NCBI RefSeq assembly: GCF_030144855.1
Contig: NC_082713.1
Coordinates: 134,602,001 to 134,666,000 of the forward strand
DNA from: Hypanus sabinus
Lineage: Eukaryota
Direction: 5' to 3'
Length of the DNA: 64,000 bases
This document shows positions 38,761 through 51,780 of this stretch, one piece after another (positions within the stretch are counted from its first letter, which is position 1; each line of letters opens with the position of its first letter). A program made the translations under genes and the position numbers. The notes beneath the pieces were generated by a model. That model was not told the DNA's origin, did no database searches, and worked only from the letters and a program-made list of their open reading frames with translations.

Positions 38761-39032
38761 TGATAAAGAAATATTGTAAAGTCAAACAAATACTATAAAA
38801 TTGCACCTACTGCATTACACATTCCAAATTCCAGCTTAACATCTATGTTTCAAAGGTGCATTTTGTCAAGAAGACTTATCCAATTTTGTTGTACTCAATA
38901 CTTGCTTTCCTACTTTGCTTAATTGCCATCGTACCTAACTGAATGATTCAAAACAACACAGCAGCAAATCAAAACCAAGGAGCAGGGAGTCAAACAGAAG
39001 TTGCTATCCTGAATATCTAATCTTTTCATTTT

Positions 39033-39630
39033 AGAATCAGATCATTATTACTGACATATGACATTAAATCTGTTGTATTGTGACAGCAAATAAAAGACAT
39101 AGAAATCTATAAATTATACTAGTTGTAGAATATGACTTCTAGTGCTGCTTGGACGTGTCTTCAGTGATGAACCTGGGGGTCATAGGATGTTTTGGGTCTT
39201 TAATCATCAGGCACCATAAATAATGCAGAAAAAAAAGAATAAAGAAGTAGTATTAATGGGTTCATGGACTGTCTGTTCGGAAATCTGATGACAAGAGGGG
39301 AGTAGGTTGTTCTTGAATTATTCAATGTGGGTCTTCTCATAGGGCATGTCCCATATGTCAAGATCCTTAGAGGTGTATGCCATGTTCTTGAGGCACCACA
39401 TCTTGAAGCTGTCCTCAGCAGTGATCCTGTGCATTGGAGACTCCATACCAGGCTCTGATGCAAGCAAGCAGATTGCTCTCCTTCTCCACTGTACATCTAT
39501 AGAAATTTATAAGAAATTTTGTTAACATACCAAATCTGCTCAGATTGCTAATGCTTGCCTTCTTCATAATTGCATCACTGTTGAGCCAAGGATCCTTTGT
39601 GATTTTGGCTCCCTGAACATGGTCCAATTC
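39033..39630 (-). mobile_element. Rex1/Babar-like 3' fragment
   Basis: agaatcagatcattattactgac tail; ORF 39415-39627 (NFYRCTVE..LACIRAWYG). Confidence 0.7.
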
Positions 39631-40209
39631 AAAGCAGTCCTATCAAAAGTTCTCCACTTCCCTTGACCATACAGGATTCTCACTACCAAAGTGCAGGCAT
39701 GGAATAGTTATTGTATTGGATCCTCTGTTTCTGCAGGTCAATGTTAGCGGTAGTGCTTAGGGACTTCTGCAGGCTTGCCTGATTGAAGAACCCTGCAATA
39801 AACAAGAATGTATTCTAGTCTGCTTTCTCATGAGGGTTGATAGGTTTATAACAAATCAATAAAATTAAAGTCATAATAAGAGGTGAAGCAAATACTGAAA
39901 ATCACCAAATTTTGAGTACTTATCCTTGATAATCTTGCCCTTCCCCAGGAAATGGCCCAGGATTCATCTACATTTATTGAAGCAAATTCTGACAAAAAGA
40001 TCTTGGCCTGAAATTTTTAATGTTTTATTCTTTATAGATGCTGCCCTGCTTACTGAGAGCTTCTAACATATTCAGTTTTTGTTTCATTAGTAATTGCTAT
40101 GGTACAGAAGCTTTCCTTAACCAATAGAGTTGGAAACCGCTTGTGATGTACCATGGCCACAGAAATTACCAAAAGCTTATAGGATCTCGTCAGGATAATA
40201 CAAAACCAG

Positions 40210-41512
40210 AAGTCAAGTGGTTTATTGTCATTTAACTATATACATATATATTATACGTATATAACTGTGCACCTGTGTGGGGAAGTGGTGCACTCTCAAC
40301 AGAGCTAGAGTGAGAATTTGTAGGACGGGAGACAATATGGTGAAGTGGGGTTTAAAGACCAGCGAATCCTGTGAGTGTGGCGAAAGGGTGCAGAACATTG
40401 AACACATTCTGCTCAGCTGCCCACTCTCACCTGATTTAGCTGACACTGACCTGTTCAACATCGACTAAACAACACTCAAATAGCTGGCTGCCTGGTGTGA
40501 CAAGCTATGATGATAGTGACCATATAATGTATATAGAAACAAGACAACGTTTCTTCGAACCAGGGTGTAAAGCACAGTAGTACACATAACACACAATATC
40601 TTACAGATCCACAGGTGAGTCACACATAAATAACAAACTAATATTAATATTAAATATTGTAAGGTACAGAACGGATTAATCAGTGACACTTGGAATACAA
40701 TGCAGCCGGGAATTCAGAAGCCTAATGGCCTGGGGGAAGAACCAGTTCCTCATTCTGTTCTTTCTTGTTTGTATGTATCGTGATCTCCTCCCTGATGGTA
40801 GAAAGTCAAAGAGGATGCTGGATGGATAGGTGGGATCCTTGACAATACTAAGGGCCCTGTGTGTGCAGCGCTCCTGATCAATATCCCTGATGGATGGTAG
40901 GGAAACAGCCATCTCCAAGCTGTTCTCACAGTCCATTGAAAGGACTTCAGGTCTGATGCTCGGCTGCTCCCATACCAGATGGAGATGCAACTTGTCAGGA
41001 TGCTCTCAATGGTGCTCCTGGAAAATGCAGATAAGATGGGGAATCTTTGCATCTTCTTAGGAAGTGGGGGTGCTGTTGTGCTGTCTTGTTCAGGGAGGTG
41101 ATATTAAGGGACCAGGTGAGGTCATCCGTAACGTGATCTCCCAGGAACTTGGTACAGATATCTCTCTCTATGGAGCAGCCATGTATTCGCAGAGGGGGAT
41201 TGTTTGTCTGCATCTTCCTGAAGTCCACAATGATTTCCTTTGGCTTCTCCACATCCACGTAGGTTGTTCTTCTCACACCAAAACACCAGCTGCTCTACTT
41301 CCTCTCTATACTCTATCTCATCATCATTCTTGATAAGGCCAACAACTGTTGTGTCATCCGCAAACTTGATGGTACGGTTTGATACAGTTACGTGTCAGCG
41401 TGTGAACAGCTGCAGGCTGAGCACATAACCTTGGGGAGCACTAGTGCTCAGCGTAATGGGATGAGAGACATTGCTGCCCACATGGACTGACTGTGGCCTT
41501 GCTGTTAAGAAG
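40210..41512 (-). mobile_element. Rex1/Babar-like element
   Basis: ORFs 40995-41276 (KEIIVDFRK, KFLG.HVTDDLTWS), 40750-41052 (TIESILTSCISIWYG) and 40676-40990 (FDFLPSGRR). Confidence 0.85.
40262..40515 (+). mobile_element. Vingi/Ingi-like LINE 3' end inserted in the Rex 3' UTR
   Basis: ORF 40277-40468 WCTLNRARV..RTGDNMVKWG..CECGERVQNIEHILLSCP (C-terminal CCHC knuckle); short tgatgatag tail. Confidence 0.55.
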
Positions 41513-42694
41513 ATTACCTTCTATTAAAAAATACCACAAGAGCTGGAAATATGAGATGAATTAGAAAGGGCTAGCAATACCCAACAGATTGGTTATTACC
41601 AGAGAGAAGCCTAGCAGTGTTTCAGCTTGTTGGCCTTCTATGTATATCAGCTAATCTTGCATTGTGTACCTCATGTTTATTTTGGTTCTTTATGCTGTAT
41701 CAGTTACGGAGTAACAATCATTTTGTTCTCCTTCACACTTGTGCACTGAAGAATGACAATAAACAATCTTGTATCTTGAATCTTCTATCATTCTTGATCA
41801 AAGGAATGTTTTTATGATTTTGGATCTCAATATTTCAACAATCCTCTCAATTTCTATTGAGCAATCCCATTGGAGAATCTGAGCTGCTTCTTACATATGA
41901 ATCTTGCACCACCTATACACACGTTCTCACATTCTCCTCACACCATGACTTATTTTACTAGAAGTCTGGCACGTGCTAGGAGTTGAGAAGAGTATCTCCA
42001 AGATTCAAGTTGATGGCCATTAACAGACAACAGCACACTTGCAGGACGAACCCTCCCTGTTTATGTTTTACTTTCCAAAACTAACACTGCAGATGAGATA
42101 GGATAAAATAACTAATTTATGTAACATCAAAAAGTGGAAACATTGATCTTTTAACTAACGCTGGAGTTGCTTTCTTAAAATGCAGTAATGTAACCATTCA
42201 GTTGTTATAAAACAGCTAAACATGTGCATAAATGCCATTTGTATTATATGTATTGATCTCGGTAGTAAATTATTTTCATTCTTTAACTCTGTACATTGCT
42301 AGGAATGTTTATTGTTGATGTTGCTTAGCTACCATAGTTGATTGATTTCATTATAGCTCTGTTGCTGTGGTTGGAGTCACGATGACTACGCTGTTATCAG
42401 TAAAATCCACCTTGTTACTTTGTTCTGTGCAGCCCCAATGATTCACTGACCTCATTTCAGCTGATTTTCACTTTCCCAGTCTCACTGGAAAGAAGCAGGT
42501 GAGAGGGAAGAGGGAAAGAAACAACAGACCCAACGGCAGAGGGGCAGTGGTTCTCAGGTGTTTCAAGAAAGGAGACCTAGTGGCCATCTTGTCATTGCTT
42601 TTTCTTCACCTCACTATTCCCACCTGTCTGCTGGGTGAGCTACTTTGTCATTAACTGAGAGACATCAGTCAAGTGCAAGTACAAAGAAGCACAA

Positions 42695-42880
42695 CAGACT
42701 GTCAATGCTGGAACCTGGAGCTCCAACCATCGTGCCACTTCTTTTCCAATCCTGATGAAGTGCCTCAGCCCAAAGCATCAACTGTTTATTCCTCACCGTT
42801 GATGCTGCCTGACTTGCTGAGTTCCTCCACCATTTTATGTGTGTTGCTCAAAATTAGATACATCTGAAGAATCTCTTATG
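42695..42880 (+). mobile_element. Penelope pseudo-LTR-derived short element
   Basis: cctgatgaagtgcctcagcccaaagcatcaactg ... gatgctgcctgacttgctgagttcctccacc. Confidence 0.6.
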
Positions 42881-44135
42881 TTTATGATTTGCTAGAGGAA
42901 CTAATTAAAAAGGGCAAGTGAATCCTGCGACAAGGGTTTATATTGTTACTTCATTAAGCTTTCTCTGTGATCGGCTCTATATATTTGCTGTGAGCATTGC
43001 TAAGATTAACAACGTCAAAGCTACCTTGGATTTGATAACCATAATGGGATTACTCATAGCTGGTATGGAAAAGACGGCATGGTACATGCCTTTTATGATG
43101 CTATTCCATTGTCATACGAGCTTTAATTGTTGAGGATTATTAAAGAGCAAGAGGGCATGCTGAGCTCATAACTGAGATCCCACGGCGTATGGCTCTGGAT
43201 TGAGAGTGCAAACTCTCATATATCTGTAGATGATAGCTCATGTCTCTGGGGCTTAGTACCTGGTTTCAGTCTGCTCCTTAAACCACATTACTTATAGTCA
43301 GTCTAGAAACAATAGCAAAATCACAGGGACTAAGAAGGTGGAAAAATGTTACAACAGTCATTGCAACAAAATAAAACATCTAGTGTGGATAGTGACATTG
43401 CAGCTTTAATGATGAAGGTGCAAAATTAGCCTTAAGCAAATTGTCACCAATGAAGGAGACAGGGAAGAGTCTGCTTCACTAGAATGTAAAATAGTTATTT
43501 CTGGTCGGCTATATCACCATGGTAACCCATCACCAGAGTTGAACATCTCCAAAACAAAGAATCCTTTTGAGCAGAGCTCCAAGTTCCTTGATACAAGCTC
43601 TTCTGTGCTCCCATACAAACTGACATTATCCACTTAAGCCTGAAGTACCAAGACATGGGCAGGCAAGAATGCAGAGTGATTGCCTGCAATTTTCCTGTTC
43701 CAGGCTCAGTTTCCCGCCATTTTCACACACTATAATGAAAGAGTTGAGAATCACACTTTGACAAGTGTAGAATCAGAAAATCCAACTCAGAAGCCCCAGG
43801 GACTCAAATTCCATTGCCTTCATCTGCTACTAACTGTGCAGTAATACAAGGTAGAGAAGATAAAGTTAGTAACCAGACGAACACAGCAGCTTCATTTTAA
43901 AACTGATCTTACATTGGCTGTTATAATTATCCATGTCTTTCAGGCCCTAGGCCTTGTTATGATGAAAATCAAGACCCTGTTACATAAACAGCTGCCATTG
44001 TAAGAAGTTGGCCAGGGTCTGTTCTGCAGCATCAAGGCTTTAAGACTACCATTCAGATTGTGCTTTCTTCTCACTTCTACCATTGGGCAAGAGGTACAGG
44101 AGCCTTAGGTCCCACACCATCAGTTTCAGGAACAG

Positions 44136-44390
44136 TTCTTCTAACTGGCCTAAATCTCTCTGCAAACTTTGAAAACCTACTTCATTATCCACAACGCCAC
44201 CTACCTTAGTATCATCTGCATACTTACTGATCCAGTTTACCACCCCATCATCCAGATCATTAATGTATATGACAAACAACATTGGACCCAGTACAGACCC
44301 TTGAGGCACACAACTAGTCATCGGCCTCCAACCTGACAAACAGTTTTCAACCACTACTCTCTGGCATCTCCCATCCAGCCACTGTTGAAT
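44136..44390 (-). mobile_element. Internal CR1 RT fragment lacking both ends
   Basis: ORF 44046-44429 VPQGSVLGPMLFVIYINDLDDGVVNWISKYADDTKVGG; nearly identical by eye to 59579-59752. Confidence 0.85.
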
Positions 44391-44456
44391 ACTTCTTTTT
44401 ATATTTATTTTGACTTTGATTATTTTCACATTATCAAGTTCTCTTAGCTGGATATA

Positions 44457-45020
44457 AATTCAAAGTCAAAGTTCAAAGCAAATTTATTATCAAAGTACAT
44501 ATATGCAACCATATCCAATCCTCAGATTCATATTCTCATGGGCAAATTCAATTAATCCATAAGAGAAAATTAACTATAATCAAATAAATTAAAGACTGTG
44601 CTAACTTGGGTGTTCTTTGCCCAGTGTGCAAAAGACAATTAACTGTGCAAATCCAAAAAGAAAGAAATAATAATTATAATAAATAAGCAAAAGATCCCAA
44701 GAACATGAGATGAAGCATCCTTGAAAATGAGTCAATAGGTTCTGAGAACATTTCAATGATGGGGCAAGTTAAGTTGAGTGAAATTATCCACTTTGGTTCA
44801 AGAGCCTAATTACTGAGGGGTAATAAATGTTCTTGAACCTTCTGGTGTGAGTCTTGACACTCCTGTACTCTCTAATGATGGCAGCAGCCAGCAGGGAGCA
44901 TGTCCTTGGCAGTGGGTGTCCCTGATGATGGAGGCTGCTATCTAGCAACACTTCGTGTAGATGTTCTCAATGGTGAGGAGGGCTTTACCCATGCTGGACT
45001 TGGCTGTTTCTACTACTTTT
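44457..45020 (-). mobile_element. Rex1/Babar-like 3' fragment
   Basis: aattcaaagtcaaagttcaaag tail; related to 53510-54270. Confidence 0.7.
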
Positions 45021-45800
45021 TTATAGAATTCACATTGCATACAGTAATTTCAGGCTGTTCTTACCTATCTGCTAGTCCCTATCCAGGGGATATTAATAAC
45101 TTGGGAGCAGATCCACAACTTATCCCCCTCAATGTCAGCAAAGCATGGGAAAGAAACTTGTACAAGAGAAACATAGTTTTTTCTTCATCTGTGCTTCAAA
45201 TTTTACTTGCATGTAGAACCAAATGCAAAGAAGAGATCAGCCAAATGAGATATTTGAACCACGCACTAAAGTAGGACGTTGCAGCTTCTACCAAGAACGG
45301 ATGGATCAGAGCACAACTGTAATCAATTTCTGCTCAGAGAATTGATTGTTTATTAAAAGCAGCTATATCTTTGCTGCTGCCACAACAGAGGGAGCAAACT
45401 AACTAGAAGCAGGAGTTGGCCACACTTAATAAGATCTTACTGATCTGGCTGGAGCTTCATTCCTGTCTACCTGTGGTAACCTTTTATTCATTTACTTCTC
45501 AAGTATCTATTAACCTCTGACTTCGAACTATAGGAAGACTGTTGCTTGACTTAAGTCCCTGGAATCCTTACTCAGAAAGAGAGAAAAAAAATCACCTCAT
45601 CTTAAATGAAAGAGTGACCTTAGTTCTATATTCTTCCGCAAAAACATCCTCTACATGTCCACCCTGCCAGAAACCTTCAGGATCTTATGTTTCAATTACT
45701 TACTCATTATAACTCCTGTAGATACAAACCTAGCTTGAGCAACCTTTCTCCATAAGTTAATCTATCCACTCTATTTATTGGTGCAGTTAACCTTCTGAAC

Positions 45801-48800
45801 TGTTTTGTAACCCCAAAACATAAAACATGGGAGGGCCAGTGTTAACACATATATTTAGATTAATTTCTATACTTCAGGGAAATGTGCATTTATGATGTGG
45901 TGACATAATGGTGTATGTCATTCATGTACTTTTACACATAACCTGGAGTGAATAACTTAAACGAAGAATGCTTGAGAAAACAAGATTAATTGCTGTGGAG
46001 GTTTTCTTACTATTGTGGGATAATGCCTTTTATAACAGAGGGGGTCACTCTGGCTGACAGGTGAGACTTCCGGCTGTGAAATAATCTCAGGTTCTGCGGC
46101 CTCCTCTGTAGCATTTGTAAGCATTGACTCTGATACTGCATGAAGTGGTTCTGACAGCACGGGACACCTTTCTTCTCTAATAATTGACTCTGCAATCCTC
46201 AGCTGATCAATGTGTCATCTCTTGGTGACATCAGACACAATCTCCTGTGTAGGAGAGTGGTCCAGTTCTGTCCTTAATCTTTCCAAGCATCCGCTTTTGA
46301 TCACCTCTGTAGTACCTTACCAGGACTGCTTGTCCAGGAGTGAAACATCAAAACTCCTTGTTTGAGGAGCTCTCAATTTGTCTCAGCTGTTTGTCCTGCA
46401 TACTCCTTCTGAGACTGGGTTTGAGCAGATCCAAGCATGAGTGCAAAGGACAACCCAGGAACATCACAGCTGGTGAGTTATGGGTTGTAGACTGTACTGT
46501 AATGTGATATGCAAGGAGGAAATTTGCAACCCTCTGATTCAGTGTCAGTGTAATGTGTCCTGATGACGTTGTTCGCAGCGCAATTTTTAGACTCTGAACA
46601 AATGTTTCCACCAAGCCATATATAGCTGGGTGGTTTGGAGCAGATGAAAAATGTCTTAGTGCATAAATTTTCAGGAATGACCAAAGCTGTGACCGATTAT
46701 CACTGATTAATTGTCTGGAACACCTGTTCTTGAGAAGTTTCTCAACACATCAAGGTCGAATTGGGAACACCTCTGTCCACTCTGTAGCTGCATCCACTAA
46801 CACCAAGGAGTTCATGTCAATGAATGACCCAGCAAAATTCACATGAATCCTCTGCTAAGACAATGTAGGCCACTCCCAGAGGTGGAGGGGCACTGCTCTT
46901 GACATCTTCTGGACGTGTTGGCATCCCAAACAGAGCATGGCAAGCTGCTTGATCTGTTGATCTGTCCCAGGCCACCAGACAAAGCTTCGAGCCAATGCTT
47001 TCATTTTAACCATGCTTAGAAGATGGGTATGCAGCTCCTCCAACACTGCTCTCAGCTTGGATGGTAAACAACTCTCAATCCTCACAGAAAGCAACCTTTG
47101 TCAAGGGCAAGTTCATCCGCGCTCTGGTAAAAATGGGGGAATTGCAATTTCTGCTGCACATTCCAGCCATTTTGGGTTGCCATGTAGACCTGAGGCAGTG
47201 TGGGGTCTTTAATGGTTTCCTTTGGATCATATCTACCATAATAAGGAGACTTCCAATTTGCATTAGGGAGAAAATGTCAAGAGGAATTTCTTCTTTTGTA
47301 AATTTTTCAGGGATTTCTTTTTCCAAGGACAAGCGAGAGAATTTATCAGCATTTCCATGATTAGTTGTCTTCTTGAATACGACCTTGAGATTGGGTCTTC
47401 CAAGAAACGGAGCTCATCTCTGCATTCATGCTGCTGATGTGGTGGAATACATTTCTGTGGATTGAAGGCTGTCCCGATAACCATTTCCTTTGTCTTTTGG
47501 AAAGCTACCTCACACTGCTTTTTCCATTGCCATTTCTTCCCAATCTATAGAAATGTGTTCAAGAGGTGGAGCACAGTAGCCAGGCTTGGCAGGAACATGT
47601 TATAGTAATTGACAAATTCTGGAAAGGACCACAACTGTGACACGTCCTTTGCTCTTGGGGCATCCACTGCTGCTTGAATTTTCTTAGCACACTGGTGTAA
47701 ATCCTATGCATCAATGGTGTCCCATAGTAACTGATGCTCGGTTTAAAAGATTCACACTTGTTCTGTCATGCTCTGAGTCCATAATCTTCTAATATCTTCA
47801 CCACTGTCTTGAGATTTTAGAGATGTTCCTTGTCATCCTTACCAGTAAAAATAATATCATCCAGGTAACACGGAGTGCCTCGGAAGCCTTGAAGCACCTG
47901 GTCTATCACTTTCTAGCAGAGTGCAGTTGCAGCTGCTACTCCAAAAATAAGCCTATTATAGCAATAAAGCCCTTTATGAGTGTTTATGGTAAGAAACACT
48001 TTAGACTCTTTATCCATCTCTATCTTTTTCGGCCAAGTCCTCATTGTTGAAGTGTTTTCCTCTATAAATGTTTGCAAAAGTATCTTCTATCCTGAGCAGA
48101 GGATATTGATTGCTTTCAGTATGGGGTTGATAGTGACCTTAAAATCACCACAGATCCTAACAGACCCAACATTCTTAGCTAGTGGAATAGTGAAACCACT
48201 GGCATTACCCATGGACTCTACTCAATGTTGGAAAAAATTCCTTCTGCCTCCATGCGATTAGCTCACTGGCTACATTATCACAGATGGAATTGGGAACCAG
48301 ATGGCCTTTGTAAAACTTGGGTGTGGCATTTTCATTTAACACTACCTACTTTACCCTCGATAGGTTTGAGTTTTCCAATTCCATCCTGGAACATTGCCGT
48401 AGCACCATCCAGTCTGTTTCTTAATTAGCTTACAGTTGATGCTATTGCATGGGTGATTGCAAATAAATGTTGGATGGATCTCCCATCAAGTTGTACTTGT
48501 CTCAGCCAATCTCAGCCTCAGAATGCTGCTCCTCCTGTTCTTATCACATATAAGTCGAATATGCCTAGTGGATTGTTGTATTTCACTGTTACAAATGTCA
48601 TTCCCACAGGAGTTATCTTTTCTCCAATATAGATTCTTAGCTGGATTTTTATAGGCTTCAATTTTGTATCTTTGAAATACTGTTCAAACTCATTTTGTGG
48701 AATGACTAAAACAGCAGAGCCAATGTCCCTTTTCATTTTTAATTCATTTACAATTTATTGCTGGTGTAAGCCATTTTTCTTGTCTATTGTTATGCTTTCA

Positions 48801-50190
48801 CATGGTAAATCTCAAGGCTACTTAGTCCTGTGTCATCCTCATTATTTTCAGACTTCCATAAATAATATCCAGATTAGTGCTCTTTTTGAAACTGCAACTT
48901 GTATTTTTATCTTATTCTCTTCCCTATGCAGTCTATTTATTTTTGTCTGCCTGGCATGCTTTTTGTATGTGTCCTATTTAGTTGCATTTTCTGCAAGTTT
49001 TACCTTTAAATCCTGCATTGGTCTGTGGTAGGTGAGCCCATGTGACAAATGTAACACAATTTGTTTGACCAGACAGGTCTCCTTCTAGACCAAGGGTTCC
49101 CAACCTGGGATCCACTGACCCCTGGCTTAGAAGTATTGGTCCAAGGTATTAAAAAGTTTGAGAACCTTTGGTCTAGATGCTGCAATTTTGTTCAAACTCA
49201 CTTTCATTCCTGACTGCAACTCAATTGCATTTGTGACTGCTATTTCCATTTATACAATGATTTCAACTGCTCTTTTAAATTGAGTTGTGCTTCAGTTACG
49301 ATCTATTTTTGGATGTCTTCTTATTAGATTCTACAAACTAATTGATCTCTCAGCACATCATTAAACCCAGCACTGAACTGGCAATGCTCAGCCAACTTCT
49401 TCAGTTCAGCTCCATAAGTTGAAATGGACTCACCTTCCATTTGATTCCACTTTATGAAAACTAAAATATCTGTAATCAACAATGTTTTCAGTTCTAGGTG
49501 TACCTGCATTACTTCCATGATATCAGCAAAGCTCTTTTTGACTGGTTGGGTTTGAGCAGTTGAATTTCTGTGCAAACTATATGCTCTTCCACTGATTATG
49601 CTCAGCAAAACTTGCACTCGCTTTTCATTTGCTTCAAGATACAGCTCAGTTCACTCAGTATATATTAGCCAGTTATCTGTTGTGCAATTGGACACTTTTA
49701 TCTTCCTGATGTAGCCAGCCATATCTGCCCTTTTATTAATTTATGATTTTTATCATCTGTTACTCACTGTATATGAACCACTGAATTTCAGCCATTTTCT
49801 GCCCCAGTTTTTTTTTAGTCAACTGCCTTTCTCTTCCAATTATAAAGAAACAAATGTATTGTGTTAATTTGTTACTCAAGTGTCTCTCTGCACTTCAACA
49901 GGGAGGTAGTCAACTTGAGATTGTTTTGAAAACTTCCTCATTGCCATTGTTTTGTAACTCAAAAACATAAAACTAATCGAAAGGAAAATACGGGGGAGCC
50001 AGGGATCAATTGTGTTCATTTAGTTGCATTTCTTTACTTTAGCAAGGTGCGCATTTATGACAACTTGGCATAATGACATATATTATTCACATACTTTTGC
50101 ACATAACCTGTAATAAATTATTTAAACAAACAATACTTAATTGAACAATGTATTTACAATATTACTCTCTGAAATATTAAATACAGATCA
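45801..50190 (-). mobile_element. Mag-clade-like Gypsy element, decayed (copy 2, same family as 7177-12916)
   Basis: 5' LTR 49948-50190; PBS 49937-49946; gag 49324-49617 (ELKKLAEHCQF); protease 48518-48736; integrase 46855-47094 (KMKALARSFVWWPG) and 46348-46614; partial 3' LTR 45801 to about 45975. Inserted into a decayed CR1 (about 45480-45800 and 50191-50340). Confidence 0.9.
49091..49170. mobile_element. 80-bp hAT (Charlie-type) MITE inside Gypsy gag
   Basis: TIRs caagggttcccaacct / aagtttgagaacctttg; 8-bp TSD ttctagac / gtctagat. Copy 1 has a single gtctagac at the homologous site (about 10062-10069). Confidence 0.8.
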
Positions 50191-50639
50191 TTCACCACAG
50201 ATACATACACTGTAATTGGTAGTCCAGATATAGTCTCATCAGTGGTCTATATAACTGAAGCATAACCTGATTTTTTAAATAAGTGTAAAAATATAGGTCT
50301 TCTTACTTACTTGCTATTCATGTTCATTAGCCTAGCCAGCTTTTCTAGTCCTTTTATCTCTTCATTATTTCCTACATCTTTTCTTTCTGACTACCTGGAG
50401 CATCTTCCATGGCAAAGACTGATACAGTCTCTCCACTCGCATCTTTTCCATCGTTATGTGGATCTTCTCAGCTCATGATCAGCACCAACCTGCACACCCC
50501 TCTTCTTAGAATTTATTTAATATTTACATATCTATAGAAAACTTATGGATTCTATTTACATTAATTAGCATAACATCATGGGCCAAAGGTCTGTACTGCA
50601 TTGTAATGTTAACTGCCATTGGCTTCTCATTGTCCTTAC

Positions 50640-51170
50640 ATGCAAATCTATTGTGCGGAATTTTGGTCGTCCCATTACAGACAGGATTTGAAGGCTTAGG
50701 AAAGGATACAGAATTATTTACTAGGATGTTGTCTGGATTAGAGGGCATGAGCTATAAGGAGAGGCTGGACCAACTTGGGTTGTTTTCTCTGGACCATTAG
50801 AGACTGAGGGAGGACCTGATTGAAGTTATAAATTGTATGTATAAGATGGACAGTCAGAATCTTTTTCCCAGGTTAGAAATATCAAAAGCTGGGAGGCATG
50901 TATAGTATTTATTGTGAGAGGAGGAAGTTTAAAGGAGATGTTCAGGGCAATTATTAGTTTTTCTTTATATAGAGACCAGTAAGTACCTGGATCAGGTTGC
51001 TGGGGTAGTCCTGGAATGGTGATTTCAAAGAGGCTTTTAGATAGCCATATGACCATACAAGGAATAGAGGAATATGGATCAGGTGCAGGTAGAAGAGATT
51101 TAGTTTCAATTTGCATCATGTTCGGCATTTTCACAGTGGCCAAAAAGGGCTGTTCCTGTGCTGTATTATT
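50640..51170 (+). mobile_element. CR1 3' fragment
   Basis: ORF 50606-50800 FTRMLSGLEGMSYKERLDQLGLFSL; 3' gggctgttcctgtgctgta. Confidence 0.75.
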
Positions 51171-51251
51171 TCCCTTTCCATTTCCTCCCTCTTGGTTTAC
51201 TTTATACAGCCTGATCCTTGGATTATCAGTGCCATGAAGATAAAGCAGGTT

Positions 51252-51780
51252 ACTGGGGAGGTAGTGGGGATAAGCTCCCACTACCTATTAAATGCTTCCA
51301 ATAGCATGCATCTCAAACAACCTCTGACAACCAAGCCCAGATCCTGGCCTTCACATGTGGCTTAGCTATTAAGCCTAGTGGAACCATTTCTATTGATGGG
51401 TGAAGGGGTAAAGGTGTGTCTCTGGTGCCTTAAAACCAGTTGCTTCTGTTAGATGGAGCTTGTCACCCATGGTTGGCAGCTTGTCTAGGAGAAAAAAACT
51501 CTGATCTCTTACTTCTTCTACCTTGCAGATATATCCACTCATGAGAAAAGTTTTGGGAGTAAACCCAAGAAACGATCTAGAGCTGCAGTATGTAACTCGA
51601 GTGGCAACTCCTGTGATGTCACTGGTGGCAAACAGTATTGGTCTCGGCCATTCGTTGGGGTTCATCACCTGCCTGGAGAGGGGGAGATTGCTGCATGGGA
51701 ATCGGCTTGCTTTCCATATCGTACTGCCCTGGCTGTGTATTGATCTATGCATCATGTAGATGGCTAGGACACAACACAAC
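51252..51780 (+). mobile_element. Non-autonomous element resembling an RTE-clade 5' region
   Basis: ggttggcagcttgtctaggagaaaaaaactctgatctc resembles the recalled RTE 5'UTR motif TCTAGGAGAAGGAAAACTCTGA; 5' hairpin; acaacacaac tail. Confidence 0.45.

Noticed and set aside
39720-39810. Isolated splice-like sites (39736, 53312, 56170 acceptors; 58510 donor)
   Set aside because: No paired sites enclosing an open frame; such motifs are expected by chance in 64 kb.
51330-51410. Complete HDV-like ribozyme
   Set aside because: P1, P2 and P3 pairings cannot be made convincingly in this copy.
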